From an uncultured Candidatus Rokubacteria bacterium (GTDB taxonomy: Bacteria; Methylomirabilota; Methylomirabilia; Rokubacteriales; CSP1-6), in assembly GCA_963758635.1 (NCBI GenBank), contig CAVWWD010000003.1, positions 928,001 through 992,000 on the forward strand: DNA of 64,000 nucleotides. The letters are read 5' to 3'. Of this stretch, positions 40,969 to 51,383 are shown piece after piece. Made by a program: the position numbers and the translations under genes. The notes under the pieces are model-generated. The model was not told where the DNA came from and did not search any database. It was given only the letters and a program-made list of their open reading frames with translations. Position 1 is the stretch's first letter; each line of letters begins with the position of its first letter.

Positions 40969-43900
40969 CTAGACTCGCGCGCTCCAGAACGTCATCCCGA
41001 GCTCATCGAAGATCCGGCGCGCCGACGCGGCGTGCTCAGGCGAGACGCCGAGCGAGCACCCGGTGGCAGTGACCGATCTCGGGTGGCGCGCCCAGCTCGA
41101 GCGCGGCGGCCAGCGCCTCCTCGGCGCGTGGCTGCGCCGCCGCGGTGTCGCCGTCAGCGAGCAGGATCTCCGCTTCCAGGCGCAGGAGCGGCGCGCAATA
41201 GCCCTGCGCCCCGCGCTCGGCCGCCGCGGCCGTGCCGGCGGCGACGACGCGCCGCGCGTCGGAGGTTCGCCCGCCCGCAAGGTAGGCCGCCGCCGTCACC
41301 GTCCCGAACCGCGTCCACTGCATGAGCGCTGGCGGCGTGCCGCTCGAAGGCGCGGTCGAGGTATTCGAGGCCGCGTGCCCGGTCGCCGGCGAGGCATCGG
41401 GCCCATGCCAGGTAGACGCCGTTGGCGAAGATGCCGTGCAGGACGTCGTGCTCCTCGGCGATGGCCAGGCCCCGCTCGAGGACGGGAATGGCCGCCGGCA
41501 GGTCGCCGCGGAGCAGGTGCGTGTAGCCGAGGAACGCGTTGGCGAGCGCGAGGCTGGACGAGTGACGGATCTCCGCGGCCACGCGCAGCGCCTCGCCGCC
41601 TGTGGCGAGCGCGGCGTCAAAGCGGCCGAGCGCGGCCTCGACTTCCGATCGCCACCCGCACAGGCTGACGAAGATCGGGTAGACGAGCCCGGGCTCGTGG
41701 CCGGCCGCCTCCGTGGCGAAGAGCCGGGCGCCCGCGTCGTGCTCGCGGATGGCCTCCTCGAGGCGGCCCATGTCGCGGTACGCGACGCCCATGACGAAGC
41801 GCGCGTAGCTGCGGGTCCGGAGGTCGGCGGTGTCGGCACCGGCGGCCGCCTCGCCTGCGAGCTGCAACGCGCTCGCCAGCGTCCCCGGGATCGCGTCCGC
41901 GAAGGCGATGGCCTGCGCCTGTCGGACCTGCACCTGCGCGAGCCGCGGTCCGGCCTCGAGACGGCGGGCCAGCGCCTCGACGCGTGCGCCCAGCTCGCCG
42001 AGGCCGTCCACGCGGTTCGTGGAGATCCGCGTGGACCAGAGCTCCAGGCACACGTCGAGCTCCAGCCGCGGGTCGGCGGCCTCACCGAGGCGCTGCAGAG
42101 CGTCCATCGCCGCCTCGTAGAAGTCCACCGCCGGGCCGTGCCGCGCCTCCGCCTGCGCCTTGGCACCGGCGCGGTAGAGATACGAGGCCGCAGGCTCCCA
42201 CAATTCGCCGCGCAGGGCATGATGGGCGAGGACCTCCACGCTGATCGGGCCCTGTTCGCGGCTGCGAGCCTCGAGCGCGGCCAGCACGCCCGCGTGCAGC
42301 ATGCGCCGCCGCTCGCGCAGCAGGCTCTGGTACGCGACCTCGAGGGTCAGCGCGTGCTTGAACGTGTACTCGAGCTCCGGGAACAGGCTGGTCTCGTAGA
42401 GGAACTCGGCGGCCTGCAGCTGAGCGAGCCCGCGCCGCAGCTCGAGCGCCGCCATCTCGGCGACCGTCTCCAGGAGCGTGAGGGCGACCGTCTTGCCGAT
42501 GACGGCCGCGGACTGGAGCAGGTGCTTGACGGGCGGCGGCAGCCGATCGATGCGCGCGGCGAGCACGGCCTGGACGGTCGCGGGAACGTGTGTCGTGTCG
42601 AGCGCCCTGGCGAGACGGAAGGAGCCGCGCTCGCCGACGAGGACACCGCTCTCGACCAGCGTGCGCACCGACTCCTCGAGGAAGAAGGGATTGCCCTCGG
42701 TCCGGTCGAGGAGCAGCCGCTTGAGCGGCTCGAGCGACCGGCTGGCGCCGAGGAGGCCGTCCAGCAGCTCCGCCGCGCTCGCCGTGCCCAGCGGATCGAT
42801 GCGGAGCTGCGTGTAGTAGCTCTTGCCGCCCCAGGCGTGCCGGTACTCGGGCCGGTAGTTGACGAGCAGCAGCACGCGCGCGGTCGGCAGGCTCTCGACC
42901 AGGGTGTCGAGCAGCCCCTGCGTCTCGTCGTCGATCCAGTGCAGGTCCTCGAACAGGAGGGCGACGGGCTGGACGCGGCTCTCGCGCAGCACGAGGTGCT
43001 TGATGGCGTCGAAGGTCCGGTGCCGTCGCTCGACGGCCCCGAGCCCCTCCCATGACGGGTCGCCGCCGGGCGCGCCCAGCAGTACCAGGAGCGGCACCAG
43101 GGCGGGCCGGAGGTTCTCGTCCAGCGTGAGCAGCTTGCCCGTGACCTTCTCCCGAACGACGCGCGCCTCGTCTCGCTCCCCGATCTTGAAGTACGCCCGC
43201 AGCAGGTCGATGACGGGCAGGTACGCCGTGGCCTTGCCGTAGGAGACGGACGTGGACTCGAGCACGAGCCAGCCCTCGGTGAGGTGCGAGCGGGTGAACT
43301 CCCAGTACAGCCGGGACTTCCCGACGCCCGGCTCGCCCACCACCGCCACGAGCTGTCCGGAGCCGGCGCGCGCCCGGTCGCGCGCGCTCGAGAGCTGGGC
43401 GATCTCCGAGTCGCGCCCGACGAAGCGCGTGAGTCCGCGCGCGGCCGCGGCGTGCAGGCGCGAGCGGATGGGAGCGGCGCCGATCAGCTCGTATACCTCG
43501 AGCGGCGCGTCCAGGCCCTTCACCGGCCGCGGGCCGAGCGCGCGCGTCAGGACGTAGCCCTCGACGAGGCCGAGCGTCTCCGACGGCAACAGGATCGTCC
43601 CCGGCATCGCCATCTGCTCCATGCGGGCGGCGAGGTGCGTCGTCTGTCCGATCGCGGTGTAGTCCATGTGAGAGGTCGCTGCCGATCGAGCGCACCACCA
43701 CCTCGCCGGAGTTGAGGCCGACGCGGATGTGCACGGGCACGCCGAGCGTGCGGTGCACCTCCTGCGCGTACTCGCCGACGCGCTGCTGCATCCGCAGCGC
43801 GGCGTAGCACGCGCGCACGGCGTGCTCCTCGTGGGCGATCGGCGCGCCGAAGAGCGCCATGATGCCGTCGCCCATCACCTGGTTGACGGTGCCCTCGTAG

Positions 43901-44280
43901 TGGTGCACGGCCTCGATCATGCGCTCCAGCACCGCGTCGAGCAGGCGCCGCGCGTCCTCGGGATCACGATCGGCCAGGAGCTCCATCGAGCCCTTGAGGT
44001 CCGCGAACAGGACGGTCACGTGCTTGCGCTCGCCTTCCAGCGCGTCCTTGGACGTGCGGATGCGCTCGGCAAGATGCGTCGGCGTGTACGAGACCGGGGA
44101 GGCGAAGCGCGGCGCGGCGTCGGGCGAGGCGCCCACGGGCGCGGCGCACTGCGGGCAGAACTTGGCGGCGACCGGCAACTCGCTCTCGCACTTGGCGCAA
44201 CGCGCGGGCAGCGGGGTGGCGCACTCGGGGCAGAACTTGGCCCGCGGCGGCGCCTCGTGCTGGCAGCGGGGGCACTGCAT
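40969..44280 (-). CDS. Double zinc ribbon, class III adenylate/guanylate cyclase, AAA ATPase and TPR protein; frameshifts near 43675, 41330 and 41040
   Basis: CPRC/CPEC, ERKHVTVLFADLKGS, GDGIMALFGAP, GEPGVGKSRL, EDLHWID, GNPFFLEE, FKHALT. Confidence 0.88.
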
Positions 44281-44370
44281 GGTCCCTACTGATAGCACAC
44301 CGCCGACGCGCAACGTGCTTGACAAGGCCGGCGTGCGATCCGAGAGTCGGTGCCACAGGAGGTGATTCCC

Positions 44371-44775
44371 ATGGCGGATTCCATCCCGACCGGTGGCGTT
44401 CACCACTTCCGGCTCACTGTCACCGACGTCGATCGGACGGTGAAGTTCTACACGGGCTTGCTCGGGTTCAAGAAGCTGATGGACCTTGATCCTGGCGCCT
44501 TCCTCAGCAACGGCTCCGTAGGCCTGGGCATCGGCCCCTTCCCGGATCCCGCGCGCGCCATCAAGGGCGACCGGTTCAGCGAGAACCGCGTGGGGCTCGA
44601 CCACATGAGCTTCGCCGTGCCGTCCCGCAAGGTGCTCGAGGACGCCGTCCGCCTGCTGGACGCGCACGGCGTGCCGCACAGCGAGGTGCGCGACCTCGGC
44701 GAAGCGTTCGGCATAGCGATCCTGATCTTCCGCGATCCCGACAACATCCAGCTCGAGCTCAGCGCCCCGCGCTGA
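44371..44775 (+). CDS. VOC/glyoxalase family protein
   Basis: HHFRLTVTD, GLDHMSF, FRDPDNIQLEL; SD GGAGG. Confidence 0.9.
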   Translation: MADSIPTGGVHHFRLTVTDVDRTVKFYTGLLGFKKLMDLDPGAFLSNGSVGLGIGPFPDPARAIKGDRFSENRVGLDHMSFAVPSRKVLEDAVRLLDAHGVPHSEVRDLGEAFGIAILIFRDPDNIQLELSAPR

Positions 44776-44859
44776 GCGGCTCCGTTTTGGTTCAGCTACA
44801 AGCGGTACGGCTCTCGCGTACTTCCGGAATCTGGTAGGTCGGTAGTGGGTAACCGCGGG

Positions 44860-45564
44860 TCACCCGGTGAGGAGCTCTTCCGCCCGGGCCAGCACCGGGC
44901 TCGCGAGCAGCGCGGGCTGGTGGGCCGGGAGGTCCACCCACAGCGGGAACTCGCGCCCCGTGATCTTCCGGATCTTGGTGACGCCGCCGAGGGACATCAT
45001 GGTCGGCCACGGCGCGGCGAGGGCGGGATGGGCGAGCAGGAGCAGGCCACGCCCGAGATAGGTGTCGGCCACGCCCGGGGAGATCGCGCGCGACCGGGCC
45101 CAGGGTCTCGCACGCCCTCCGTCGCCGACACGAACCGGCGCTCCGGGCCGGCCTGCCAGGCGATCAGGGGATAGAGGCCGGGGCCCGCCTGCCCGAGGGC
45201 GGCCAGCCACGTCCGGCGGGCCTCGGCGAGGAACCGGTCGTAGCAGCCGCCGAGCCCGTCGGGGCGCGTCCTGGTGCTCCCGCTGGAGGACGGACGGGAA
45301 CGGGTTGTCGGGCATGGTGTACGCGCGGATGAGGGACCCGGGCACGGGGCAGCCGAAGGGCGCCACGCCGTCCAGGAAGCCGGTCAGGGCGTCGCCGTCG
45401 AGGACGGCATCGGGCAGGGCGAGCACGTACCGGGTGGTTCCCGCCTCCGTGGAGGATGCGAGCACGACCTCGCCCTCGGGCCAGGGGCGAGCGCCATCCG
45501 CGGGGCCGTAGAGCTCCCCGGCGAGGCAGCGGCGCTCGCGAGTCCGGGCGACGGTCGGCGTCAT
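44860..45564 (-). CDS. Hypothetical protein, probably with two compensating frameshifts
   Basis: Protein-like N- and C-terminal thirds; the middle reads better in another frame (GCYDRFLAEARRTWLAALG). Confidence 0.5.
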   Translation of the reverse strand: MTPTVARTRERRCLAGELYGPADGARPWPEGEVVLASSTEAGTTRYVLALPDAVLDGDALTGFLDGVAPFGCPVPGSLIRAYTMPDNPFPSVLQREHQDAPRRARRLLRPVPRRGPPDVAGRPRAGGPRPLSPDRLAGRPGAPVRVGDGGRARPWARSRAISPGVADTYLGRGLLLLAHPALAAPWPTMMSLGGVTKIRKITGREFPLWVDLPAHQPALLASPVLARAEELLTG

Positions 45565-45718
45565 GCGGGGTGGGTGCGCTCCCGGCCGGCACCGGCCCTT
45601 CGCGTTGCCAGGCGCGGGCGCCCGGGCTTCGCCCCGCACCCTCCCATAGGTCGTGCCGATTGTTCTTGCACCGCATTATTCGATAACATGCAGGGCATCA
45701 AACTCCAAGGAGGCCCAC

Positions 45719-46009
45719 ATGGCCGAAGGCAAGTGTCACGTCGAGATCGTCTACTGCGTCGTCTGAGGGTACCTGCCCGTGGCCGTCAGTGTGGCGGCCG
45801 AGCTGTCCTCGATCAACTACCGCGAGACCGCGATCACGCTGACGCCGTCGGACAGCGGTAGGTTCGAGGTGTACCTCGATGGCAAGAAGCTCTACGACCG
45901 GAAGGAGCCCGGCGCCGTGGACTTCCTTCCGCGCTCTAAGGAGATCCACAAGATCAGGGACGCGATCAAGGGGATCTTCGGCGTGGCGACCGCGCCGGCC
46001 GCGCACTAG
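45719..46009 (+). CDS. SelW/SelT/Rdx-family selenoprotein; Sec at TGA 45764-45766
   Basis: SD AAGGAGG; VEIVYCVV-TGA-GYLP (CxxU), then in-frame GRFEVYLDGKKLYDRK and FLP. Confidence 0.92.
45781..45799 (+). promoter_or_regulatory. Candidate bacterial SECIS hairpin
   Basis: GGCCGTC-AGTGT-GGCGGCC, 7-bp stem with one G-U pair; loop 21 nt after the TGA. Confidence 0.6.
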
Positions 46010-46120
46010 GACACACGGAGGCGCATTCAGCTCCCGCCGGATCTCCCGCCCGCACCCGGCCCCGAGAGGTGGCGCAGGGTGCGGGCGGGCGTAGCCCACA
46101 CCCGGCGACGCGCGTCCGTC

Positions 46121-47308
46121 TCACCCGCGCCGCGCGAACTCCTCCTTCGCCGCCTTCACCCGCGCCGGCTCCGCGAGCAGGTCGAAGGTGGTCATGGCCA
46201 TGGCCTTCGCGGCGGCGAGCATGCCCTGTCGCGCCAGCGGTTGCACCGCGGCGTCCGCGAACTCCCTCGTGTGGATCGCCATCCCCGCCGGCGCGATGCC
46301 GATCATCGGCTGGATGGTCGGGATCACCTGGCTCACGTTGCCGACGTCCGATGAGCCCAGCCGGTCCGGGATCGGCTCGCCCTCGGTGAGGCCGGCCGCC
46401 GCCATGTTGCCGGCGAACGTGTCCAGCAGCGGCTGGTTCCGCTTCATCGGCTCGTAGATCGTGTCGGAGTGCTCGGTCACCTTGACGGACGCGCCGGCGG
46501 AGCGGGCCGCGCCCTCCGCGCACGCGACCACGCGGCGATACGTGTCCCACATGAGGTCGATCCGCGGGGCGCGCACGTAGAAGACCGCGGAGGCGTACTC
46601 GGGGATGATGTTCGCGGCGGCGCCCCCGTTGGTGATGATGCCGTGGATGCGGCACTCCGGGCGCACCTGCTGCCGCAGCATCGCCACCGCGTTGAACGTC
46701 TGGATGCACGCGTCCAGCGCGTTGACGCCGGCCCACGGATCCGCGGCGGCGTGCGAGGCCTTGCCCGTGAACTCGAACGTGGCGCGCACGATGCCGAGCA
46801 GGTCCTGGTGCAGCAGCGTGCGGTCGAAGCCGTGGATCATCATGGCGCAGTCCACGTCGGCGAACACGCCGGCGCGGATCAGGCGCACCTTGCCCGCGCC
46901 GCCCTCCTCGGCGGGCGTGCCGATGACCTGCACGCGACCCTTCGGCAGGCGGTCGCCGATCGCGGCCAGGGCCGCGCCCGCCCCCGCGCCCGCGGTGGCG
47001 ATCACGTTGTGCCCGCACGCGTGGCCGATGCCGGGCAGGGCGTCGTACTCGCACAGGATGGCCACCGTGGGGCCCACCCCGGTCTCGATGGTGGCGCGGA
47101 ACGCGGTGTCCACCGCGCCCACGCCCTTTTCCACCTTGAAGCCCTTGGCCGCGAGGAACTCGCTGAGCCAGCCGCAGGCCTGCGTCTCCTGGTAGCCGAG
47201 CTCGGGATGGTCGTGGATGCGGCGCGAGAGCGCCTCGAGCTGGTCCCCCATCTGGTCAACGGCCTGGGCGATGGCGTCTTTCGGTGTCGTCATGATGGTC
47301 TCCGGCAT
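46121..47308 (-). CDS. M20 family amidohydrolase
   Basis: HPELGYQE, EYDALPGIGHACGHN, GTPAEEGG, GSSDVGNVS. Confidence 0.93.
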   Translation of the reverse strand: MPETIMTTPKDAIAQAVDQMGDQLEALSRRIHDHPELGYQETQACGWLSEFLAAKGFKVEKGVGAVDTAFRATIETGVGPTVAILCEYDALPGIGHACGHNVIATAGAGAGAALAAIGDRLPKGRVQVIGTPAEEGGAGKVRLIRAGVFADVDCAMMIHGFDRTLLHQDLLGIVRATFEFTGKASHAAADPWAGVNALDACIQTFNAVAMLRQQVRPECRIHGIITNGGAAANIIPEYASAVFYVRAPRIDLMWDTYRRVVACAEGAARSAGASVKVTEHSDTIYEPMKRNQPLLDTFAGNMAAAGLTEGEPIPDRLGSSDVGNVSQVIPTIQPMIGIAPAGMAIHTREFADAAVQPLARQGMLAAAKAMAMTTFDLLAEPARVKAAKEEFARRG

Positions 47309-47388
47309 GCGGTTTCACGGCGGCGGCGCCGCCGCCGTGTCGCGCGGCAGCGCGCAACGCGGCGCGGCCGAGCGTGGCGCCGAGGATA

Positions 47389-47580
47389 TCACGCGGCGCG
47401 GCGCCGGGCTCGGGCCCGGCGGAAGGACCTCAGGCGGAGAGCTTCGCTGGCGCGGAGCCCCAGCGGCAGCTCGACGATGAAGCGGGCGCCGCCGCTGGGG
47501 GAGTTCTCGGCCCAGAGACGGCCGCCATGCTCGCGCACGATGCCGTGGGCCACCGAGAGGCCGAGGCCGCCGTGAGCCAT
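47389..47580 (-). pseudogene. Isolated C-terminal fragment of a histidine kinase ATPase domain
   Basis: GLGLSVAHGIVREHGGRLWAENSPSGGARFIVELP with no upstream kinase body. Confidence 0.75.
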
Positions 47581-47703
47581 CGAGGCGATGGGGAGCAAGT
47601 GCCGGTGCCAGGGGTGGGGCGCGCGGAGCTTCTGCGTGACGCGCACTCCGGGAGCGTCGGCCCGCCGTCTCGTCAGCGAGCCAACGAACGTCCGGAGACA
47701 CTG

Positions 47704-48819
47704 TCAGGGACCGGACCGCCCCGCCCGCTCCCTGGCCCTGGCGACCCGCCGGCCGATCGACGGATGCGAGTAGAGCAGGAACTCCTCGACCGGGTGCGGG
47801 TCGCGGCGCGCCAGGTTCAGGTCGGCCAGCCGCTCCATGGCGCCGATGAACGGCTCCGGGTCGGAGATGGCGTCGAGCGCGAAGTCGTCGGCCTGGCGCT
47901 CCACCCGGCGTGACCATCCGTTGACGGCGGGCAGCGCGACGAGCCCGGCGCCCATCACGATGAGGCCGAAGAGCGGGAGGCCGGCCACGTCGGCGGGACC
48001 GGCGAGGTGAAGCGCGGCCGCCCCCGCCCCGAGCAGGCGATCGGCGACCCAGAGGGTGGCGAGCGTGACGCCGGTCTGGACGGCCAGCCCGCGCCAGATG
48101 TCTCCGTGGACGTGGTGGGCCAGCTCGTGAGCGAGCACGGCCTCGACCTCGTCCGCGGTGAAGCCCTGGACCAGGGTGTCGAACAGGATGATCCGCCGGG
48201 TCCGGCCGAGGCCGGTGACGGCGGCGTTGGCCGTCCGGCTCTTGCGCGACTGGTCGGTGACCCACACCCCGAGAACCGGCGCCCCGACACGGCGGGCGAG
48301 GCGCACGAGCCGCTCGCCGAGCGCCGCGTCGCCGAGAGGCGTCAGGTCGTAGAACATCGGGACCAGCCAGATCGGCGCCACCAGCGTGAGCAGGGCCGAC
48401 CCGACCAGCAGCACCCCGGCGCCAGCGAGCCACCACCAGGGGGTCGCGCGCATCAACGCGTAGATCGCCTCGACCGCGACCAGGCCGATCACGCCCCCCA
48501 GCGCGGCGGCCTTGACGCCGTCCCAGAGCCACTGACCGAACGGTTGGTGGGAGAGACCGTAGCGCCGGGGGAGCCAGAAGCCCGACAGCCAGCGCAGCGG
48601 CGAAGTCAGGAGCGCGTGCACGCCGCCGATGACGCCGACGGCGATGGCGAGCTGGACCCACCAGCGCGGCGTCAGCTCGGCCGCTGCGCGAGCGAGCGCG
48701 GCGGCTGCGCCCGTGGCCAGGAGCCCGGCGAGCAGGGCCGCCGACACGACCAGGGACAGGCCGGAGAGCCCGAGCTGGAGCCGGTGGTAGCGACGGGTGC
48801 GCGCGTCGTCGAGACGCAT
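47704..48819 (-). CDS. M48 (Ste24-like) membrane zinc peptidase
   Basis: ANAAVTGLG, AVLAHELAH, ERQADDFA, YSHP. Confidence 0.92.
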   Translation of the reverse strand: MRLDDARTRRYHRLQLGLSGLSLVVSAALLAGLLATGAAAALARAAAELTPRWWVQLAIAVGVIGGVHALLTSPLRWLSGFWLPRRYGLSHQPFGQWLWDGVKAAALGGVIGLVAVEAIYALMRATPWWWLAGAGVLLVGSALLTLVAPIWLVPMFYDLTPLGDAALGERLVRLARRVGAPVLGVWVTDQSRKSRTANAAVTGLGRTRRIILFDTLVQGFTADEVEAVLAHELAHHVHGDIWRGLAVQTGVTLATLWVADRLLGAGAAALHLAGPADVAGLPLFGLIVMGAGLVALPAVNGWSRRVERQADDFALDAISDPEPFIGAMERLADLNLARRDPHPVEEFLLYSHPSIGRRVARARERAGRSGP

Positions 48820-48828
48820 GCGTCCACC

Positions 48829-49248
48829 TCAGGAGAGGCCCACCACCATCAGCCCGCACGCGCGAGCCGCCGTTGCCAGCGCGGCGTCGTGCGTGGCCAT
48901 GACGAGGTCTCCCCGGGTGTGCTCGCGCCACAGGGTCGCGGTGGCGAGGTGGATGGCGTCGAGCGTGCCGAGCTCCGTCGGCAGCGGCTGCGCGGCCCGG
49001 GCCAGGACGGGCCCCGTCACCTCGACGAGCTGGATGCTCTCGAGGAGCCGGAAGACGGCCTCGCGCCGGCGGGCAAGCTCCGCGTCGGACAGGCCGGCGC
49101 GCAGGCGGAGGCGGTCGAGCGTGCGCAGGCACTCGGTCTCCGCGAGGGCGCTCGCGACACCCGTGCGAATGGCCGCCCACTCCCTCAACGAGCCGGGCTG
49201 CCCCAGCACCTTGCGGAGGAGCACGGACGAGTCCAGGTAGGCGATCAC
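48829..49248 (-). CDS. vapC: PIN-domain (VapC-like) toxin
   Basis: YLDSS, ETEC, LGTLDAIHLATA, THD. Confidence 0.88.
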   Translation of the reverse strand: MIAYLDSSVLLRKVLGQPGSLREWAAIRTGVASALAETECLRTLDRLRLRAGLSDAELARRREAVFRLLESIQLVEVTGPVLARAAQPLPTELGTLDAIHLATATLWREHTRGDLVMATHDAALATAARACGLMVVGLS

Positions 49249-49508
49249 CGCTCGGCCTGGCGCTCCTCGGCGAGCAGCGCCAGGATATCCACCTTCGCGC
49301 GCAGCGGCGGCGGCAGCGGCACGCGCGCGAGGGCGGGGGCGCCGGGCCGGGGCGCCCGGACCACGAGGGGGCGCGCCTCGCCCTCGTACGGCACGATGCG
49401 GGCGATCGGGCGGTCCCGGTCGAGCACGGTCAGCGTCCGCCCGCGGCGGACGGCGCGGAGATGCTCGCTCAGGTGGGCCTTGAGATCGGCGATTCGCACC
49501 GTGTCCAT
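49245..49508 (-). CDS. Phd/YefM-type antitoxin
   Basis: VRIADLKAHLSEHLRAVRRGRTLTVLDRDRPIARIVP; overlaps the toxin start. Confidence 0.88.
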   Translation of the reverse strand: MDTVRIADLKAHLSEHLRAVRRGRTLTVLDRDRPIARIVPYEGEARPLVVRAPRPGAPALARVPLPPPLRAKVDILALLAEERQAER

Positions 49509-49543
49509 GGTCATAAGATAGTCACGACTGGTCATCTCGTCAA
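49509..49543 (-). promoter_or_regulatory. Toxin-antitoxin promoter with operator repeats
   Basis: TTGACG-N17-TATCTT-N6-ATG, overlapped by ATGACC/GTGACT/ATGACC repeats. Confidence 0.75.
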
Positions 49544-49640
49544 CCTGGGACCAATGGATGCGACTCTCCACTTTGCCCGCCTGAGACGGCGCCAAGTTTG
49601 CTATGCTGAACGCCAATTCATTCTTTCGACAGGAGCCGCC

Positions 49641-50561
49641 ATGTTCGCGACCGTCGAGGACGTCCAGCAGCAGTTCAAGAACGCCCGCTACATCGCCAAC
49701 CGGCGCATCTGCACGGTCATCTACCTGGCCGAGCGCATGGGCCGCCCGGTCCTGATCGAAGGGCCGGCGGGGGTTGGCAAGACCGAGCTGGCCAAGACCC
49801 TGGCCGACGTGACGGAGCGTCCGCTGATCCGTCTGCAGTGCTACGAGGGCCTCGACGAGGGCAAGGCGCTCTACGAGTGGAAGTACGCCAAGCAGCTCCT
49901 CTACACCCAGCTGCTCCGCGAGCGCATCGGCGAGCTGATCGCCGACGCCCCCTCGCTGCCCGACGCGGTGGCGCGCATCGCCGGGCAGGACGACGCGTTC
50001 TTCTCCCACCGGTTCCTGTCGCCCCGGCCGCTGCTCCAGGCCATCGAGTCGCCCCAGCCCGTGGTGCTGCTGGTCGACGAGATCGACAAGGCCGAGCCCG
50101 AGTTCGAGGCGTTCCTGCTCGAGGTGCTCTCCGACTTCCAGGTGTCGGTGCCCGAGCTGGGGACGATCAAGGCCGTGAACATCCCGCTGGTCGTGCTCAC
50201 GTCCAACAACGCGCGCGAGCTCTCGGACGGGCTCAAGCGGCGCTGCCTGCACCTGTTCATCGACTTCCCGCCGCCCGACGAGGAGCTGGCCATCATCCGG
50301 CTCAAGGTGCCGGAGATCCCCGAGCGGCTGGCGCGGTCGGTGGTGGCGGTGGTGAACAAGATCCGCGGCCTCGAGCTGCGCAAGGCGCCGTCGGTCTCGG
50401 AGAGCCTGGACTGGGCGCGGTCGCTCGTCATCCTGAATGCCGACGCGCTCGACCGCGAGCTGGTGGAGTCCACGCTGACGATGCTCGTGAAGCACGAGAA
50501 GGACCTCGAGCGCGTCAAGGGCACGCTGGACAAGGTCCTCGCCAACGTCCCCCAGGCCTGA
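49641..50561 (+). CDS. MoxR/CoxD-type AAA+ ATPase
   Basis: EGPAGVGKTELAK, RLQCYEGLD, DEIDKA, LSDGLKRRCL. Confidence 0.92.
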   Translation: MFATVEDVQQQFKNARYIANRRICTVIYLAERMGRPVLIEGPAGVGKTELAKTLADVTERPLIRLQCYEGLDEGKALYEWKYAKQLLYTQLLRERIGELIADAPSLPDAVARIAGQDDAFFSHRFLSPRPLLQAIESPQPVVLLVDEIDKAEPEFEAFLLEVLSDFQVSVPELGTIKAVNIPLVVLTSNNARELSDGLKRRCLHLFIDFPPPDEELAIIRLKVPEIPERLARSVVAVVNKIRGLELRKAPSVSESLDWARSLVILNADALDRELVESTLTMLVKHEKDLERVKGTLDKVLANVPQA

Positions 50562-50582
50562 CGCGGGCGGCCGCGGGAGCGG

Positions 50583-51140
50583 GTGGTGGACTGGGGGGAG
50601 CTGAGCGAGTTCCGGGAGCTGTGGTTCCCGTGCCCGCGCATCCGGCTGCCCGAGCTGGGGCCGTCGGGCCCGGTGTTCATCGAGGGCGGCCGCTGCATCT
50701 CGGGCGCGCTGGGGGAGTACACCAAGCTCTGGGTCCACGCCGCCGGCCGCTGGCATTTCTACTACGTTCACCCGACGCCCCGTGACTTCTTCGCCGCCAC
50801 CATGCCCGAGGCGGTGCCGCACCTGCTGCACCCCGGCGAGATGACGGTCGAGACGTTCCGCGAGGGGCTCGCCTACAAGGTCGTGCTGGGGCTCCGGTGC
50901 GCGGAGGGCCCGGTCCGGGTGCTCCACCTCGTGGGCAACGTCCCCGACGTGACGCGGGCGGTGGAGGCGGACGAGGACCTGCCGGCGGGGTCGCTTGGCT
51001 GGAAGCTTCGCGTCACCAACATCATCGGCCGGGGCTCGTTCCACGGGCTGCTCCGCCTGGAGGACGGGCGCCTGCATCCGATCACCCGAGATGGCAACGA
51101 GGACGTGTTCAAGTCCTCGTGGGTCACCTTCTCCCGATGA
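50583..51140 (+). CDS. Hypothetical protein
   Basis: 185-aa ORF with protein-like composition filling the gap between the MoxR and VWA genes. Confidence 0.6.
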   Translation: MVDWGELSEFRELWFPCPRIRLPELGPSGPVFIEGGRCISGALGEYTKLWVHAAGRWHFYYVHPTPRDFFAATMPEAVPHLLHPGEMTVETFREGLAYKVVLGLRCAEGPVRVLHLVGNVPDVTRAVEADEDLPAGSLGWKLRVTNIIGRGSFHGLLRLEDGRLHPITRDGNEDVFKSSWVTFSR

Positions 51141-51378
51141 GCACGACGCCGAACGGCACGAATGGCCGCACGAAACAACCACGCCGTACCAGATCACCCC
51201 GCGGCACAGCCCGTGGCGGTGGGGGGCGTGGGCGCAGGAGCGGCGCCGCCTCCCGATGAGCACGACGCCGAACGGCACGAATGGCCGCACGAAACAACCA
51301 CGCCGTACCAGATCACCCCGCGGCACAGCCCGTGGCGGTGGGGGGCGTGGGGGAGGAGCGGCGCCGCTCCCCCCCACA
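51131..51378. repeat. 119-bp tandem duplication ending in a GC hairpin
   Basis: CTCCCGATGAGCACGACGCC...GGGGGGCGTGGG identical at 51131 and 51250; the second copy ends GTGGGGG-A-GGAGCGGCGCCGCTCC-CCCCCAC. Confidence 0.9.
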
Positions 51379-51383
51379 GATAA

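Noticed and set aside
48829..49543. Toxin-antitoxin module as the marker of a mobile element or prophage
   Set aside because: No integrase, transposase, att repeats or compositional shift nearby
51131..51378. CRISPR array, here or at 22133, 31248 and 63305
   Set aside because: Only two copies each, no series of unique spacers and no cas genes
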